Shown piece after piece: positions 13,094 through 24,957 of a DNA stretch of 64,000 nt. Where the stretch lies: positions 200,818,001 to 200,882,000 of the forward strand of contig OZ024741.1 in the NCBI GenBank assembly GCA_964016885.1, read 5' to 3'. This stretch comes from Eledone cirrhosa. Lineage: Eukaryota. Below the pieces are notes generated by a model. The model saw nothing but the letters and a program-made list of their open reading frames with translations. It was not told where the DNA came from and made no database searches. Numbering within the stretch: the first letter of the stretch is position 1; each line of letters opens with the position of its first letter. The position numbers were made by a program, and so were the translations under genes.

Positions 13094-13469
13094 TAGGGCC
13101 TCTAGCCCCACTTTACACACCCCACACACACGCACGCACACACCCCCACTTATTCTCTCTCACACATACACACACAAAACCAGTTCTAACACCAGATAAC
13201 ACCTACCCCCCACTTTTACGATTAGACCTATCTTCCCACACTCACACACACACACATACCTACACCTTCATGCTTTCTCCCACACACATATACAGGCACG
13301 CATATAAAATTTACATAACACAACAAAAACATAAACAAACCCCTCTTAAAGGGAGACTACTCTTTACCCACCTAATTTTAATTCTTTGATATTAAAGTTA
13401 GAACTCTATACTATTTCCGGTCAGCATGGCTTCATTGGAAATTTAGACGCTGGTCTGAGACTTTTACTT

Positions 13470-13506
13470 CCCTCCGAAGAAGAGATATTATCTCGAAAAT
13501 TAAGGA
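13470..13506 (+). ncRNA. PLE pLTR minimal hammerhead (C4 core variant)
   Basis: cct-CCGAAGA-a-gagat(att)atctc-GAAA-at-TA-agg; helix III reduced to the palindrome AATT. Confidence 0.7.
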
Positions 13507-13637
13507 CATTTAAATAAATTCAAGGTGAAAGACTAATTCTCACCAATATCTCTCACTATTGCATTCTTTTTCTATGTCCATATCTGCATTGTCTTGGCCT
13601 TATTACACATATTCTAACGTTTATACCTCATTACACA

Positions 13638-16220
13638 ATGCTTCAAGTGAACTATAACCTCCTCCTTTCATTACGCCTGAGCCAGGCCCAGTTCACAACT
13701 GTAAAGAAACTCTTCCAGCTATCTGAAAAGCGCGCCAAAGCCGGCTGCCAAATAAATTTCCTAAAACGATGCCTGAACAACAACATCATTCCCAAAACCA
13801 TCAAAAATTTACACCTACCAACATGCTTCAATTCACCAGGCCTCAAACGATCTCTCAGTTACATACAAAAATTCTGCCTAAGAAAACTCATACAACACCT
13901 ACACCGCACGCTACAACATCACATACGGACTATCTCCAGCCTTGTACCACAACTCGCTGAAACCCCAGAACCTCTGTCCAAGGTCATCTCCGCCACTATA
14001 GACAGGTCATACCACCACCGCCGAGACTACGAGAAAAAACGCCTAACACAAAAATTTCTCAAACTCAGGACGGCCAACTGTCTTAACAACATCCCAACGC
14101 CAAACACCAACAGAGGCGAACAATACGTTACCAACACCGAACCTAGCGGCACCCCGACCAACAACACACCTGACGCAAAACACCTCGTCACAGACTTGAC
14201 AGGATCCCTCTCCCGAGAGGAATTAGACCTCCTCAGCCTGGGTCCCAAGTTCATATTGAAACAGAGACTGGACGACAGACTATGGCTCGACATAGAAACG
14301 AATTTCTGTCGAGCTGCCTACCAACTGAAATGGATATCGACTCTCGACAACAACACCACGGAATCCACCACACCCAGATTCCCGATATACCAACTAGATC
14401 GCCCACTCTATCCACCGCCCGCCAACCGCGAGCTGGAAGATAAACTCTCGAGACTAAAACATTCCGTATTTAACATCTTACGGAAACAGAAGAAGATGGC
14501 CCCTAACCTCTCCAGGACACAACAACTCGCCCTGAAGAACCTACGGAATAAGGAACTTATTTACTTACCATCCGACAAAGGTAAAGAGTTCTGCGTCATC
14601 TCTCAAGCCACATACAATAACCTAGCCTTCGAACACCTAAGCGACAGTGAACTGTACACAGTGATCCCGGACATGACCGCAGCCCAAATCGAAAAACAGA
14701 CCAACTCCATTTGGTTCGATATCTGTAGGAGAAGACAACTCCCGAATAAAATTAAACTCAACTACACCACTAGAAATAGCAGACTGCCCACTTTCTACCA
14801 CCTCATCAAGACCCACAAGAATAGCACTAAGACGCATATAAGACCCATCGTCTCTAGCATAGAAGGACCCCTATACAAAATTTCCTGGCTTCTCTCCCAG
14901 GTCCTCAAGCCTCTACTCTCCACCTTCCCCGGACATGTCAGTAGCTCCGACGAAGTTATACGTAGATTACACCAACTCCAGCCAGAACAACTTAAACTTA
15001 ATAAATACGCTTTTAGCCTCGACGTTGTCTCCCTCTACACTACAGTCCCCGCTCACCCAGCTGTCGATTTATTGACGGACTGCGTGGTCGCAGAGAACAT
15101 CCACTGCTACGGCCTCCACCCGACGGACATACACCAACTTTTGTCCTTCACGGTAGACAACACGTACTTCACCTTCCACCACCACACATACAGACAGACA
15201 ACAGGATTACCCATGGGATCCAGCCTCTCTGGCCTGCTGGCCATCACTTACATGAACCAGCTAGAATGCCGAGCCCTCAACACCTGCCATTCCCATGCCT
15301 TCTTCACCCGATATGTAGATGACATACTCATCCTTACATCATCCCGTGAAGAGGCAGAGAAAATATACACAACATTCTCCAGCATGGACGCCAGTATAAA
15401 GTTCAGCATTGAACACCCCGATGACCGCGGATCCCTATCCCTGCTGGACTTCCAACTCAGGGTAACAGAGGAAGGCAACATCCACACCTGCTTCTATAAA
15501 AAATCCGCCAGCAGGGACCTGTTCGTACATTTCAGATCGGCCCTCCCACTCGGTGCCAAGTTCGGATACATAAAGAACGAACTGGCACGTATCAAGAACA
15601 AATGCACCGACGCCAGAGACCGAGACACACACACCACACATTTCCTGGAAGTACTCAAACTGAACGGATACACGACATCCACCACAAACCGTGCCAGAAA
15701 GAACAGAGGACACCACACCCGAGGCACTAACACTTGCTTCCTGAAGCTCCCACACTTCAGTGAAGAAACAACAACAGCCATCCGCAGAGCCATCAGACGA
15801 GAAGGTCTGGATATTCAACTGGCCCATTCGGGTCCTTCTTTGCGTGGACGGCTAGCTAAGAGACACTCCACCAGACATGACAACTGCTGCAGACTAGCCA
15901 ACTGCCCCATCAACGACACAGACCTATGCCACCAGGCTTACGTAGTTTACAGACTAGAGTGTGACAAATGCAACAACTTCTACGTAGGTAGCACCACCAG
16001 ACCACTCCACATAAGAATAAAAGTACACCTCAATACTAACGCTTCCTCATTTAAGAAACACCTAGTTAAATGCAAAAACACTGATAAAAACATAACAGTT
16101 AGGATAGAAACTAAAGAAAGAAACCTCGGTAATCTTAGAATCAAGGAAGCACTCATTATAGATAGAACACATCCACCAATCAATAATAGACTAGAGCTCA
16201 ACACCCAATTTATAACCTGA
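13638..16220 (+). CDS. PLE polyprotein, 860 aa: reverse transcriptase + GIY-YIG endonuclease (E->V variant in EN)
   Basis: FLKRC..NIIP N-terminal motif, PSDKG, RPIVS, SLDVVSLYT, GLPMGS, RYVDD, then Cys-rich linker and VVY..CxxC..YVGST..R..H...H...EAL..IN GIY-YIG with CCHH residues. Confidence 0.95.
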   Translation: MLQVNYNLLLSLRLSQAQFTTVKKLFQLSEKRAKAGCQINFLKRCLNNNIIPKTIKNLHLPTCFNSPGLKRSLSYIQKFCLRKLIQHLHRTLQHHIRTISSLVPQLAETPEPLSKVISATIDRSYHHRRDYEKKRLTQKFLKLRTANCLNNIPTPNTNRGEQYVTNTEPSGTPTNNTPDAKHLVTDLTGSLSREELDLLSLGPKFILKQRLDDRLWLDIETNFCRAAYQLKWISTLDNNTTESTTPRFPIYQLDRPLYPPPANRELEDKLSRLKHSVFNILRKQKKMAPNLSRTQQLALKNLRNKELIYLPSDKGKEFCVISQATYNNLAFEHLSDSELYTVIPDMTAAQIEKQTNSIWFDICRRRQLPNKIKLNYTTRNSRLPTFYHLIKTHKNSTKTHIRPIVSSIEGPLYKISWLLSQVLKPLLSTFPGHVSSSDEVIRRLHQLQPEQLKLNKYAFSLDVVSLYTTVPAHPAVDLLTDCVVAENIHCYGLHPTDIHQLLSFTVDNTYFTFHHHTYRQTTGLPMGSSLSGLLAITYMNQLECRALNTCHSHAFFTRYVDDILILTSSREEAEKIYTTFSSMDASIKFSIEHPDDRGSLSLLDFQLRVTEEGNIHTCFYKKSASRDLFVHFRSALPLGAKFGYIKNELARIKNKCTDARDRDTHTTHFLEVLKLNGYTTSTTNRARKNRGHHTRGTNTCFLKLPHFSEETTTAIRRAIRREGLDIQLAHSGPSLRGRLAKRHSTRHDNCCRLANCPINDTDLCHQAYVVYRLECDKCNNFYVGSTTRPLHIRIKVHLNTNASSFKKHLVKCKNTDKNITVRIETKERNLGNLRIKEALIIDRTHPPINNRLELNTQFIT

Positions 16221-16596
16221 TAGGGCCTCTAGCCCCACTTTACACACCCCACACACACGCACGCACACACCCCCACTTATTCTCTCTCACACATACACAC
16301 ACAAAACCAGTTCTAACACCAGATAACACCTACCCCCCACTTTTACGATTAGACCTATCTTCCCACACTCACACACACACACATACCTACACCTTCATGC
16401 TTTCTCCCACACACATATACAGGCACGCATATAAAATTTACATAACACAACAAAAACATAAACAAACCCCTCTTAAAGGGAGACTACTCTTTACCCACCT
16501 AATTTTAATTCTTTGATATTAAAGTTAGAACTCTATACTATTTCCGGTCAGCATGGCTTCATTGGAAATTTAGACGCTGGTCTGAGACTTTTACTT

Positions 16597-16633
16597 CCCT
16601 CCGAAGAAGAGATATTATCTCGAAAATTAAGGA
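16597..16633 (+). ncRNA. PLE pLTR minimal hammerhead
   Basis: Identical to 13470-13506, offset 3127. Confidence 0.7.
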
Positions 16634-16764
16634 CATTTAAATAAATTCAAGGTGAAAGACTAATTCTCACCAATATCTCTCACTATTGCATTCTTTTTCT
16701 ATGTCCATATCTGCATTGTCTTGGCCTTATTACACATATTCTAACGTTTATACCTCATTACACA

Positions 16765-19347
16765 ATGCTTCAAGTGAACTATAACCTCCTCCTTTCATTA
16801 CGCCTGAGCCAGGCCCAGTTCACAACTGTAAAGAAACTCTTCCAGCTATCTGAAAAGCGCGCCAAAGCCGGCTGCCAAATAAATTTCCTAAAACGATGCC
16901 TGAACAACAACATCATTCCCAAAACCATCAAAAATTTACACCTACCAACATGCTTCAATTCACCAGGCCTCAAACGATCTCTCAGTTACATACAAAAATT
17001 CTGCCTAAGAAAACTCATACAACACCTACACCGCACGCTACAACATCACATACGGACTATCTCCAGCCTTGTACCACAACTCGCTGAAACCCCAGAACCT
17101 CTGTCCAAGGTCATCTCCGCCACTATAGACAGGTCATACCACCACCGCCGAGACTACGAGAAAAAACGCCTAACACAAAAATTTCTCAAACTCAGGACGG
17201 CCAACTGTCTTAACAGCATCCCAACGCCAAACACCAACAGAGGCGAACAATACGTTACCAACACCGAACCTAGCGGCACCCCGACCAACAACACACCTGA
17301 CGCAAAACACCTCGTCACAGACTTGACAGGATCCCTCTCCCGAGAGGAATTAGACCTCCTCAGCCTGGGTCCCAAGTTCATATTGAAACAGAGACTGGAC
17401 GACAGACTATGGCTCGACATAGAAACGAATTTCTGTCGAGCTGCCTACCAACTGAAATGGATATCGACTCTCGACAACAACACCACGGAATCCACCACAC
17501 CCAGATTCCCGATATACCAACTAGATCGCCCACTCTATCCACCGCCCGCCAACCGCGAGCTGGAAGATAAACTCTCGAGACTAAAACATTCCGTATTTAA
17601 CATCCTACGGAAACAGAAGAAGATGGCCCCTAACCTCTCCAGGACACAACAACTCGCCCTGAAGAACCTACGGAATAAGGAACTTATTTACTTACCATCC
17701 GACAAAGGTAAAGAGTTCTGCGTCATCTCTCAAGCCACATACAATAACCTAGCCTTCGAACACCTAAGCGACAGTGAACTGTACACAGTGATCCCGGACA
17801 TGACCGCAGCCCAAATCGAAAAACAGACCAACTCCATTTGGTTCGATATCTGTAGGAGAAGACAACTCCCGAATAAAATTAAACTCAACTACACCACTAG
17901 AAATAGCAGACTGCCCACTTTCTACCACCTCATCAAGACCCACAAGAATAGCACTAAGACGCATATAAGACCCATCGTCTCTAGCATAGAAGGACCCCTA
18001 TACAAAATTTCCTGGCTTCTCTCCCAGGTCCTCAAGCCTCTACTCTCCACCTTCCCCGGACATGTCAGTAGCTCCGACGAAGTTATACGTAGATTACACC
18101 AACTCCAGCCAGAACAACTTAAACTTAATAAATACGCTTTTAGCCTCGACGTTGTCTCCCTCTACACTACAGTCCCCGCTCACCCAGCTGTCGATTTATT
18201 GACGGACTGCGTGGTCGCAGAGAACATCCACTGCTACGGCCTCCACCCGACGGACATACACCAACTTTTGTCCTTCACGGTAGACAACACGTACTTCACC
18301 TTCCACCACCACACATACAGACAGACAACAGGATTACCCATGGGATCCAGCCTCTCTGGCCTGCTGGCCATCACTTACATGAACCAGCTAGAATGCCGAG
18401 CCCTCAACACCTGCCATTCCCATGCCTTCTTCACCCGATATGTAGATGACATACTCATCCTTACATCATCCCGTGAAGAGGCAGAGAAAATATACACAAC
18501 ATTCTCCAGCATGGACGCCAGTATAAAGTTCAGCATTGAACACCCCGATGACCGCGGATCCCTATCCCTGCTGGACTTCCAACTCAGGGTAACAGAGGAA
18601 GGCAACATCCACACCTGCTTCTATAAAAAATCCGCCAGCAGGGACCTGTTCGTACATTTCAGATCGGCCCTCCCACTCGGTGCCAAGTTCGGATACATAA
18701 AGAACGAACTGGCACGTATCAAGAACAAATGCACCGACGCCAGAGACCGAGACACACACACCACACATTTCCTGGAAGTACTCAAACTGAACGGATACAC
18801 GACATCCACCACAAACCGTGCCAGAAAGAACAGAGGACACCACACCCGAGGCACTAACACTTGCTTCCTGAAGCTCCCACACTTCAGTGAAGAAACAACA
18901 ACAGCCATCCGCAGAGCCATCAGACGAGAAGGTCTGGATATTCAACTGGCCCATTCGGGTCCTTCTTTGCGTGGACGGCTAGCTAAGAGACACTCCACCA
19001 GACATGACAACTGCTGCAGACTAGCCAACTGCCCCATCAACGACACAGACCTATGCCACCAGGCTTACGTAGTTTACAGACTAGAGTGTGACAAATGCAA
19101 CAACTTCTACGTAGGTAGCACCACCAGACCACTCCACATAAGAATAAAAGAACACCTCAATACTAACGCTTCCTCATTTAAGAAACACCTAGTTAAATGC
19201 AAAAACACTGATAAAAACATAACAGTTAGGATAGAAACTAAAGAAAGAAACCTCGGTAATCTTAGAATCAAGGAAGCACTCATTATAGATAGAACACATC
19301 CACCAATCAATAATAGACTAGAGCTCAACACCCAATTTATAACCTGA
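16765..19347 (+). CDS. PLE polyprotein, 860 aa, intact RT + GIY-YIG
   Basis: Same motifs as 13638-16220; retains RIKEH; potentially active. Confidence 0.95.
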   Translation: MLQVNYNLLLSLRLSQAQFTTVKKLFQLSEKRAKAGCQINFLKRCLNNNIIPKTIKNLHLPTCFNSPGLKRSLSYIQKFCLRKLIQHLHRTLQHHIRTISSLVPQLAETPEPLSKVISATIDRSYHHRRDYEKKRLTQKFLKLRTANCLNSIPTPNTNRGEQYVTNTEPSGTPTNNTPDAKHLVTDLTGSLSREELDLLSLGPKFILKQRLDDRLWLDIETNFCRAAYQLKWISTLDNNTTESTTPRFPIYQLDRPLYPPPANRELEDKLSRLKHSVFNILRKQKKMAPNLSRTQQLALKNLRNKELIYLPSDKGKEFCVISQATYNNLAFEHLSDSELYTVIPDMTAAQIEKQTNSIWFDICRRRQLPNKIKLNYTTRNSRLPTFYHLIKTHKNSTKTHIRPIVSSIEGPLYKISWLLSQVLKPLLSTFPGHVSSSDEVIRRLHQLQPEQLKLNKYAFSLDVVSLYTTVPAHPAVDLLTDCVVAENIHCYGLHPTDIHQLLSFTVDNTYFTFHHHTYRQTTGLPMGSSLSGLLAITYMNQLECRALNTCHSHAFFTRYVDDILILTSSREEAEKIYTTFSSMDASIKFSIEHPDDRGSLSLLDFQLRVTEEGNIHTCFYKKSASRDLFVHFRSALPLGAKFGYIKNELARIKNKCTDARDRDTHTTHFLEVLKLNGYTTSTTNRARKNRGHHTRGTNTCFLKLPHFSEETTTAIRRAIRREGLDIQLAHSGPSLRGRLAKRHSTRHDNCCRLANCPINDTDLCHQAYVVYRLECDKCNNFYVGSTTRPLHIRIKEHLNTNASSFKKHLVKCKNTDKNITVRIETKERNLGNLRIKEALIIDRTHPPINNRLELNTQFIT

Positions 19348-19723
19348 TAGGGCCTCTAGCCCCACTTTACACACCCCACACACACGCACGCACACACCCC
19401 CACTTATTCTCTCTCACACATACACACACAAAACCAGTTCTAACACCAGATAACACCTACCCCCCACTTTTACGATTAGACCTATCTTCCCACACTCACA
19501 CACACACACATACCTACACCTTCATGCTTTCTCCCACACACATATACAGGCACGCATATAAAATTTACATAACACAACAAAAACATAAACAAACCCCTCT
19601 TAAAGGGAGACTACTCTTTACCCACCTAATTTTAATTCTTTGATATTAAAGTTAGAACTCTATACTATTTCCGGTCAGCATGGCTTCATTGGAAATTTAG
19701 ACGCTGGTCTGAGACTTTTACTT

Positions 19724-19760
19724 CCCTCCGAAGAAGAGATATTATCTCGAAAATTAAGGA
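19724..19760 (+). ncRNA. PLE pLTR minimal hammerhead
   Basis: Identical to 13470-13506, offset 6254. Confidence 0.7.
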
Positions 19761-19919
19761 CATTTAAATAAATTCAAGGTGAAAGACTAATTCTCACCAA
19801 TATCTCTCACTATTGCATTCTTTTTCTATGTCCATATCTGCATTGTCTTGGCCTTATTACACATATTCTAACGTTTATATATATATATATATATATCAAC
19901 ATACACACGCATATACATA

Positions 19920-20220
19920 TACATATGTACGTATGGGTTATATCGAACATTAATAATAATATTCGATTCGTTGTAAACAAACGGCCCAATTAAAGCTTTA
20001 CTGTGCCGATGACCAATCGTCATCCGTTTGTTCAACACTGGCATCGAGGAACAATCAACATGTTTCTGGGTCATTAGCCTTCATTAGGACTGTTTACCTC
20101 CCAGCGAATCTGTTGAACGGTTGAAAATATATAGTATTTTCTGAGGCATACATCGGCTGATTAGCCTCATTTGCATATTGGGCGAGTTACTGTTGGGACG
20201 AGAAATAAAATTCTAATTAT
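19920..20220 (-). mobile_element. Decayed retrozyme-like element with degenerate HHR
   Basis: Minus 20092->20052: cagtc-CTAATGA-aggctaatgaccca-GAAA-catg-TT-gattg; downstream cagtgttgaacaaa...acccatacgtac tail homologous to 37700-37826. Confidence 0.6.
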
Positions 20221-21334
20221 ATATATATAGTGTGTGTGCGTGTGTGACGAAGCTCAACGAATGGACACAACTTCAGTCGTTTTCTCACTCACACAATAAT
20301 CCAATTAAAGTCCGTATTATTAAAATTCAAATACAACTGGTTAGAATGCACGCATACGTTAATCAGTGAGGAAGATGACTTCGTGTGCGTATCATAATTG
20401 AGATACCCGGACCGATGCATTGGTTTCTACGATTCCAGTCTGCTGGCAGCGTACTTAGTGGAACAACCAGGTGCAGAAAATTAGGTAATGTTAGTATACA
20501 TTACATAATTTGGTGAGGAACCGTGTCGTCAGCGGGTGTTCGCCTCTCTGTAATGGAAAGTTTCATATGGCGTCCTAGTATATCACATTCCTGGTCGCAA
20601 GGGAATGTAGTAGCTTTCAACTTCTAGTGACGCGTGACGTAACACCAAACAGAAGATAAGCCAAGCCTGATCATTTAGTGACCACATGTTGGCAATTGAT
20701 TCAAATTGAAAAAATATTACCGTGCCAAAAGCATTCTACCACGGTGCTTTCATTTAGAAAACAAAGACTGGGTAGCAAACAATAAATAAATCGAATTAGA
20801 ATAAACAGAGTAAGAAAGTTCAACTTACAATTTAAATGCAGTTTAGTCCCTTGGTAATTAAAATATACCCTATAAGACATACATGTCAAGCTTAAGCCGT
20901 TTCGATAATGAATTTGAAAATTAAAATAAATTACTGTTTATTAATTTCTATCATTTACCATCTCGTCATGGAGAAGTAGATATACCTTAATATGTGAGAA
21001 GTCACATTGGAGACGTGGAAGAGGAAAGCAACAATAAAATTAAAAATGGAAATGGAACATTCAAATGTATCAATATACGTAGGCTGAGTTTAGAGCGTCT
21101 GTAGATATCAGTCTGATTAAAAGTTTTTTAGAGTCAAGGATAGAGAGTAGGGTACTGCCCCCTCCTTGTTTTTGGTGGTCACTTGTCAAGATTGTCTTTT
21201 ATGTGTCTGCGTAGCTCAGATGTCATATTTGCTAATGTATGCGTATCTTTATCTCAACAGACTTTTGTCTGTGTCTGTGTGTTTGTTCTGGCTGTTATAG
21301 TTAAGCCTGGCGTTATTATCATTTGATTAATAGG

Positions 21335-21550
21335 GCGGAGGAGTAGCAGAATTGTAAGAGCGTTGGGTAAAATTATTTTGCAGGATTTGTTTCTGCACAG
21401 TACATTCTGAGATCAAATCACTCCAATGTCAACTTTGCCTTTCATACTTCCGGGGTGGGCAAAATAAAATACTAGTCAAATACAGGGGTCTATATAATCG
21501 ACTTTCCCCTCTACACGAATTGCCGGCCTTTTACCTAGATTAGAAACCAT
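21335..21550 (+). mobile_element. tRNA-derived SINE (major family, diverged)
   Basis: ggcggag..gcagaatt head, caactttgcctttcatacttccgggg core, gccggcctt...tagaaacc tail. Confidence 0.6.
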
Positions 21551-22268
21551 TATCTTTTGATTAATGTTGAGTTTTCTTTTTTAATTAAAAAATAGGTATA
21601 TATAGATATATTGTGTAAGGGAATTTTATCGAAGTTGTATAATAGTATATTTCTCTGTGTTTAGTAGATTATTTTTGTCAAGGGTGGCGGTGGTGGTGGT
21701 GAAGGAGGAGCATGTTTGTGTTATTTCATTTGTGATTTATGTTTCAGGTATATATTTAGTTCACTGTGTAACTTCATTTGCTAGCACAAGAGGGTGTAAG
21801 TAAGCGTGTCTGGTGTTGTATAGTAGTAGTATATTTATCATTATATATTCGTTGAATTTCGTGTTTATATCGTGTTGTTCGTATGTGTGTGGTTTTGGGG
21901 TTTGATGGTACTTAATTGTGAGTGAATACCGTGCAGTGGGTGTCGGTGAGTGATGCTTTGGTGTATATAAAAATCAACAGATGTAAAATTAAGTGCACTA
22001 GCGAGTGTATGTATACAGCAATATTAGCTTATATTTTTGTTGCTGTGGCTGTTGCTATCTGTGTTAGTATACTAATTTGTACATTGGCGCATTGTTATGT
22101 GGTTGTATATGCGTTCTTTATTGCGTCTGTGCGTAATCATAGTGGAGTGGCTTTTGCTTGGGAGCTATTTGCTCTGGTGTATTTAGTACATCGTGTGTTA
22201 GTGTCTCTGTTTTAGCAGCTATGTGTTACATGATTTTAGTGTTGTTGTTGTTGCTGTTGTTGTTGTTG

Positions 22269-22307
<39 letters not shown>

Positions 22308-22339
22308 TGTGTAACAGTATCTTACCATCTGGAGTCACG

Positions 22340-23095
22340 TACAGGTTTACATTTCAGGGGGGGGGGGTTGTATATCTTGTTGCGGCGAGTTCGGATTTTT
22401 TTGATTAACGTTATTTCATTGGCGAGAAATATACGTATAGCTTCTTCGGAGCAAAGGTTACATGTTTGACAACCAACAGTGTTAATTTTTACCTTGGTGA
22501 GGATACACCATTACAAATTAAAGGGTATGGCTCGAAAGTTTTTATGATGCTTTTCCTAACTGAGTTACAAAAGCTGTGTTGATGCTAGTAGAATCTAGTT
22601 TTGAATTTGCAGACTGTGAGACTGCTTTATTAGAATGGCTGGTTATAACATATATGAAGTTTTTTGACTGCATTTATGTATCAAGTAGGCAGTAATTTTG
22701 ATTAGCGTAGACGCATTACCTTCTTATGTTTATGTCCTGGAATGGATATGTTCTACTAGGGTTATGTTTTGCTAGCTTTGATGAAGTGGTATTTAGGGTG
22801 AAGTTGAGAGTGGTACAATACGATAATTTAATTCTGTTTATATTGAAAATCTCATGATGGTAGTGTTTAGGAGAGAAATGTATTTTAAGTGTAAAGAATC
22901 TCTTAGCTATTGTCGTGGTATTCTCTGCATTATATGAAGCGTTCAGCCGGATGATTTTTCAAGCGAAGCATGGCTCGAAAGGGCCTTTATTAGTTAGATG
23001 GAGGTATGATAACTTTTCGTTGAATCCGTTCTGCTTTAGAATCGTGTTGCGGTATGCAGCGTGTTCATTAAAAATCTGTTCGTTAGCTGATAATC
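22340..23095 (-). pseudogene. Decayed Neptune-type PLE RT C-terminus/EN fragment
   Basis: RLSANEQIFNEHAAYRNTILKQNGFNEKLSY resembles the LSSNKAIFDRAAPYYNTALANSGF block at 38416-38946; CA-rich 3' UTR-like DNA follows on the minus strand. Confidence 0.55.
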
Positions 23096-23121
23096 TCTCA
23101 CTCCCACTCTCTCTCTCTCTT

Positions 23122-23214
<93 letters not shown>

Positions 23215-23493
23215 TCATGATGTTTCTGTAACATGTTTTTATTGGTTATCGAGCTTTTACATACGTATCACATGATTGATGCAAGGTCACCTATGGGAGC
23301 TATGGACCAGACTCCAGTATCGATCTGCTCGTCTGGCTTGGTGATTCAACAAAAAATATCAAAGTGCTTGAAGTGATCGGTAAAGTGGTGGGTATAAATA
23401 ATCATCGACCCGTGTGTATATATGTAAACCTATATACACACGGTCCGTGTGTTTATATGTAAATGTTTAAGTGCGTAAGCATGCCCTTTTGTC

Positions 23494-23583
<90 letters not shown>

Positions 23584-24005
23584 ACAGAAGGAGTTAATGT
23601 TCTGTCAGGTGGCAATAACAACAATGACAATAACAACGAAAGCAACAGTAACAACATCGTTTTTTCTTATTATATACACTCTGCCTATGCATCGCGTGCT
23701 CATATTTGTACCATCAGCAGTAATTCACTAAATCACCTACATACACACACACACACACGCACACATACCTAGATTCCTATGGCTCTCTTATGGCCAGAAA
23801 CATATTCTCTTACAACTAATAGAGACCGACAAAATTTGCACACTCCACTTTTCCCTCCACAGCTCTGTATACAGACAGACACACCCTTATATTAACATAC
23901 TTTTGCTCATGCACTCTTTTACTTACATAAACACACACAGTTTTTCTTAGCTTCGTACGGAGGTATAATAACACACACACACACACACACATAAACAACA
24001 ACAAG

Positions 24006-24057
<52 letters not shown>

Positions 24058-24061
<4 letters not shown>

Positions 24062-24780
24062 AATTATTAAAAAAATAATGAATAAACAAAGAAAACAGTT
24101 CCTTATATTAAAAAAATTCATTATTTTACGATCGTTTCTAGGATATATATGTGTTAGAGTTGGTATGCATATTCTATAGATCTATGTACAATATTCATAC
24201 AAACTATCAGAGGGAATATACATACCTTCACATATATATGCTGTCTTCAGAAATAATTGTGTGTTGTGTTCTTGAGCAAAACACTTCATTTCACCTTGCT
24301 CCAGTATACTCAGCTGAAAATGAGTACCAGGGGTTTAACCCTGCGATGGACTGGCGTCCTGTCCAGGGGGGAGTCTTGTACTCTGTCACTTCATGCCATG
24401 AAACCGGGATAAGCACCAGCCAAACGAGCCTTCTGGTTTAAGATAGACTTTAGATACACACACACACACACATACACTGTAAATGTGGTTGATGTTAGGA
24501 AGGTTACCCAGCTGTAAAATCCCCGGCCAAATTTACAGTCCTGTCAGAGCAAGATACGGTGTGCCCAATCCTGGCCAGTCTATTTCTGAAGACAGCATAT
24601 ATATGTGAAGGTATGTATATTCCCTCTGATAGTTTGTATGAATATTGTACATAGATCTATAGAATATGCATACCAACTCTAACACATATATATCCTAGAA
24701 ACGATCGTAAAATAATGAATTTTTTTTAATATAAGGAACTGTTTTCTTTGTTTATTCATTATTTTTTTAATAATTTATCT
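24058..24780. repeat. ~195-bp inverted repeat; each arm carries an HHR with ~105-nt helix II
   Basis: Arms about 24060-24255 and 24581-24778; + arm tattt-CTGAAGA-[24593-24697]-GAAA-cgatcg-TA-aaata. Confidence 0.8.
24256..24445 (+). mobile_element. SINE fragment in the inverted-repeat spacer
   Basis: gttgtgttcttgagcaaaacacttcatttcaccttgctccagt..actcagctg...aaccctgcgatggactggcgtcctgtccagggg, a typical SINE core and tail. Confidence 0.55.
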
Positions 24781-24909
24781 TGACTCTGTTTTCCGTTTAT
24801 TTTTCACCGAAAGTAGTTTTTGAATGCATCTTCTCTTTTCATGATATCCGGATTACATTGAGTTCTTCATACGGATTGGACACTACCGTAAACTTTTGGT
24901 AGATTTATC

Positions 24910-24954
<45 letters not shown>

Positions 24955-24957
<3 letters not shown>

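Larger units (their letters stand above)
8978..19879. mobile_element. Young Penelope-like element insertion (probably Naiad-like): inverted truncated copy plus head-to-tail array, period 3127 bp
   Basis: Minus copy 11476->8978 and plus array 11474->19879; near-identical copies; both outer ends are element 3' ends running into (TA)n. Confidence 0.95.

Noticed and set aside
9566-19331. Antisense ORFs of 60-130 aa repeated in each PLE unit
   Set aside because: Shadows of the main ORF with no motifs; they repeat only because the units are identical.
13638-19350. Possible selenocysteine recoding, as reported for some Naiad PLEs
   Set aside because: The ORFs have no internal UGA, and the terminal TGA is followed immediately by TAG.
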